This document shows, piece by piece, positions 60,586 through 64,000 of a stretch of DNA of 64,000 nucleotides. This DNA is from Leucoraja ocellata (lineage: Eukaryota): the NCBI GenBank assembly GCA_036785375.1, contig JAWMAR010000481.1:1426001-1490000 (forward strand), read 5' to 3'. Every line of letters starts with the position of its first letter. Position 1 is the stretch's first letter. The position numbers and the translations under genes were made by a program. The notes beneath the pieces are model-generated. The model was given only the letters and a program-made list of their open reading frames with translations. It did no database searches and was not told the origin of the DNA.

Positions 60586-61629
60586 GGGACCCTTCACATC
60601 CTCCTGGTCTTTGAACCTTTCCACTTTACTCCTGTCCTCTGGGCCTTGATACAGCAAACATTCATAGAACGTTGGGTATTTGGGGCAATGACCCTGGGCT
60701 CAAACAAGGAAATCAAACAAACGTTGTATTCATATCAAATGTTGGGCGTCACGGTGGCACAGCGATAGAGCTGCTGCCTTACAGTGCCAGAGATCTGGGT
60801 TCCATCCTGACTACGGGTGCTGTCTGTACGGAGTTTGTACGTTCTCCCCGTGACCTGCGTGGGTTTTCTCCGACATCTTCGGTTTCCTCCCAAACTCCAA
60901 AGATGTACAGGTTTGTAGGTTAATTGGCTTGATGTAAATGTAAAAAAAATGTCCCTAGTGTTAATGTGCAGGGATCGCTGGTCGGCGCAGTCTCCCTGGG
61001 CTGAAGGGCTTGTTTGATGCTGTATCACTGAACTACAACTAACAGGGTACTCCGTATCTGGAAACTGAACCCAAGTACGGGACCTCTCTTCAGCCCACAA
61101 CTGGTATTCAGACTGTGTATCCCTTAGAGTTGACCTGGGCCACTAATGAAAGACCACCTGTCCATGAGAGTCCATCTCCTACACACATGCACAGACCACC
61201 AATCCTCGAGGGTCCTAGAAATGTTGCAGACCCCCTGTCCATGAGGGTCCATCTCTGAGGTTAAGGCCAGACTGTCTGTTAATTAGTTTGCCTGTCCCTT
61301 TAGTTTGCCTGTTTTTTTTCACACAGAGAGTGGTGAATCTCTGGAACTCTCAGTCGCAGAGGGTAGTTGAGGCCAGTTCATTGGCTATATTTAAGAGGGA
61401 GTTAGATGTGGCCCTTGTGGCTAAGGGGATTAGGGGGTATGGAGAGAAGGCAGGTATGGGATACTGAGTTGGATGATCAGCCATGATCATATTGAATGGC
61501 GGTGCATGCTCGAAGGGCCGAATGGCCTACTCCTGCACCTAATTTCTATGTTTCTATGTTTCCCTGCAGATCACCATCTGTGCTGCACCTTGTCACACAC
61601 AATATCTAACTTTCCTGTGTATATTACAG

Positions 61630-61641
61630 GTGCAACAATGA
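61630..61641 (+). CDS. IgW: Probable TM2 cytoplasmic exon (VQQ*)
   Basis: A CTAAC branch-like motif and pyrimidine tract precede TTACAG|GTG CAA CAA TGA in non-repeat sequence after the intronic LINE. Gives a K-V-Q-Q tail like other short IgH tails. AATAAA repeats follow at 62326. Confidence 0.7.
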   Translation: MQQ

Positions 61642-62325
61642 CCAGCCGACACACACGCCACCTTCACTCAAGAGATCGCCATGCAGCTGTTGACGTTGAC
61701 AAATGGAGTCTCCCTGTCTTTCACTCACTCACTCGGCAATCCGAGGCTACTGCTCTCCAAACGCTCATTACAGGAGATAAACTTGGAAATGCACTGGGGA
61801 TGCTGGGGAAGAAACCGGTTGGGATTGAGGGGGGTGGGGCGAGTGGGCGGGGGGTGGGGGGTGGCGGGTGGTGGGGGGGTGTGGGTAGGGGTGGGGGTGG
61901 GGTGAGTGGGCGGGGGGTGGGGGGTGGGGGGTTGGGGGGGTGGGGTGGGAAGGACAGGATAGGACATGACAGTGGGAAAATGTCAGGGTATAAGACACTG
62001 GAGTGGGTGACATTCAGGAGTGGGAGAGGAAGGCAGGATTAATGTTTAGGAAAGGGGAGCAGATGGGAATGTGATGAGTGAAGGAGAAGAGGGGAGTGTG
62101 GGAGGGGGAGGGATGCGCTGATGCCCTAGGAGCAAGAAGGGGGGCATGGGGAGGGGAGAAGGAACATGAAGCAATGTGGTGGAGGGGAGGGGGGGGGGGG
62201 GGGGCGATGCTTGGGGACTTGCTCAATCAGGTTTTGTAAAGCTGATGTTGTTTAACTCATTGACTGCAGCTTATTTTTTAATTTTTCTGCTGAACTGTAT
62301 GTTTTCATTTGAAATTAGATGCATA

Positions 62326-62340
62326 AATAAAATAAAATAA
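62326..62340 (+). terminator. Candidate poly(A) signal(s) of the membrane IgW mRNA
   Basis: Overlapping AATAAA motifs (AATAAAATAAAATAA) about 690 nt after the TM2 stop. Confidence 0.55.
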
Positions 62341-62419
62341 CAAAAATATGAAATGTTTGGAGTTGATCATCATTTTACTCATCACTTGAGGGACTTCAGC
62401 TGAAGATGTTGCCAGGACT

Positions 62420-64000
62420 TTTACCAGGATGTTGCCAGGATGTTGCCAGGACTCGAGGGTGTGAGCTACAGGAAGAGGTTGAGCAGGGTGGGTCTTTATT
62501 CTATGGAGCGTACGAGGATGAGGGATGATCTTATAGAGATGTACAAAATCATAAGAGGAATAGATCGGGTGGGTGTACAGAGTCTTTTACCCAGAGTAGG
62601 GGAATCGAGGACCAGTGGACATGGGTTCAAGGTGAAGGGGAAAAGATTTAAAAGGAATCGAGGGGTAACTTTTTCACACAGAGGTTGGTGGGTGTATGGA
62701 ACAAACTGCCAGAGGAGGTAGTCCATCGTTTAAGAAACAGTTGGACAGGTACATGGGTAGGGCAGGTTTGGAGGGATATGGACCAAGTGCAGGCAAGTGG
62801 GACTAGGGTAGTTGGGACATTGTTGGCCGGTGTGGGCATGTTGGGCCGAAGGGCCTGTTTCCGCACTGTATTAATCTATGATTCTATGAGTGCACCAAAT
62901 ACACCAGATACTGGGCTAAAACGCATCAGGAGAGGAGTACATGAACAGGTTCCGAAAAGAATACAACTGATACTGAAGAGTCAACTCCAGCACCTGATCC
63001 AAATGGCATAGGTCAGAGGGCCAAACATTGCAGGAAAGCCCATGGGGCCAGGTATTGGAGGAACACACCTCGGGGAAAAGACATTGGGGCATGACCAGAC
63101 AATGGTAGGCCCCCGGGGAATGTTGTAGAACAGAGGGATCTAGGATTACAGGTGCATGGTTCCTTGAAGGTGTAGTCGCAGATAGTTCGGGTGGTCAAAA
63201 ATACTTTTGACACATTGGATTCATCAGTCAGTGTATTGAGTATAGAAGTTGAGAGGTCATGGAAGGTCATGTTTAACTAATCTTCTTGAATTTTTTGAAG
63301 ATGTTACTCGGGAAATTGATGAGGGTAAAGCAGTGGATGTTGTGTATATGGACTTCAGTAAGGCCTTTGACAAGGTTCCTCATGGAAGGTTGGTTAAGAA
63401 CGTTCAATGGTTGGGTATTAATGGTGGAGTAGCAAGATGGATTCAACAGTGGCTGAATGGGAGATGCCAGAGAGTAATGGTGGATGGTTGTTTGTCAGGT
63501 TGGAGGCCAGTGACGAGTGGGGTGCCACAGGGATCTGTGTTGGGTCCACTGTTTTTTGTCATGTACATCAATGATCTGGATGATGGTGTGGTAAATTGGA
63601 TTAGTAAGTATGCAGATGATACTAAGATAGGTGGGGTTGCGGGTAATGAAGTAGAGTTTCAAAGTCTACAGAGAGATTTATGCCAGTTGGAAGAGTGGGC
63701 TGAAAGATGGCAGATGGAGTTTAATGCTGATAAGTGTGAGGTGCTACATCTTGGAAGGACAAATCAAAATAGGACGTACATGGTAAATGGTAGGGAATTG
63801 AAGAATGTAGGTGAACAGAGGGATCTGGGAATAACTGTGCACAGTTCCCTGAAAGTGGAATCTCATGTAGATAGGGTGGTAAAGAAAGCTTTTGGTGTGC
63901 TGGCCTTTATAAATCAGAGCATTGAGTATAGAAGTTGGGATGTAATGTACAGAGTACAGAGGAGATTTACTAGAATGTTGCCTGGGTTTCTGCACCTAAG
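62420..64000 (+). mobile_element. CR1-type LINE fragments downstream of the locus
   Basis: MLPGLEG.SYR.RL..GLYS.E..RMR.DLIE.YKI; VDVVYMDFSKAFDKVPH; SGVPQGSVLGPLLF..YINDLD; YADDTK. Confidence 0.85.

Overview
Vertebrate genomic DNA from a cartilaginous fish, most likely a skate or ray (inferred from the Ig sequences and repeat families). The first ~29 kb is almost entirely repeats: CR1 and Rex1/Babar LINE fragments, tRNA-derived SINEs, Penelope-like elements and DNA-transposon MITEs. From 29.8 to 62.3 kb on the + strand lies a complete, apparently intact cluster-type immunoglobulin heavy-chain minilocus of the IgW (skate IgX, omega) isotype. Its order is leader - V (ending in a D-like 12-nt extension, then a 22-bp-spacer RSS) - 12/12 D - J - CH1 - CH2 - Cys-rich short secretory exon - CH3 - CH4 - CH5 - CH6 with long secretory tailpiece and poly(A) - CH3' - CH4' - CH3'' - CH4'' - TM1 - TM2. 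All exon boundaries were read by hand and are AG/GT, and all C exons are entered in phase 1. Five observations stand out. (1) Four extra intact C exons lie downstream of the terminal secretory exon and upstream of TM1, while CH6 lacks the usual internal donor, suggesting separate secreted and membrane constant-region cassettes. (2) A switch-region-like AGCT/AGCA minisatellite sits in the J-CH1 intron. (3) V and D1 are probably pre-joined in the germline. (4) The duplicated exon pairs show a gene-conversion-like divergence pattern. (5) Many short Penelope-derived repeats carry minimal hammerhead-ribozyme motifs. Repeat boundaries are approximate unless a TSD is given, and no database searches were run.
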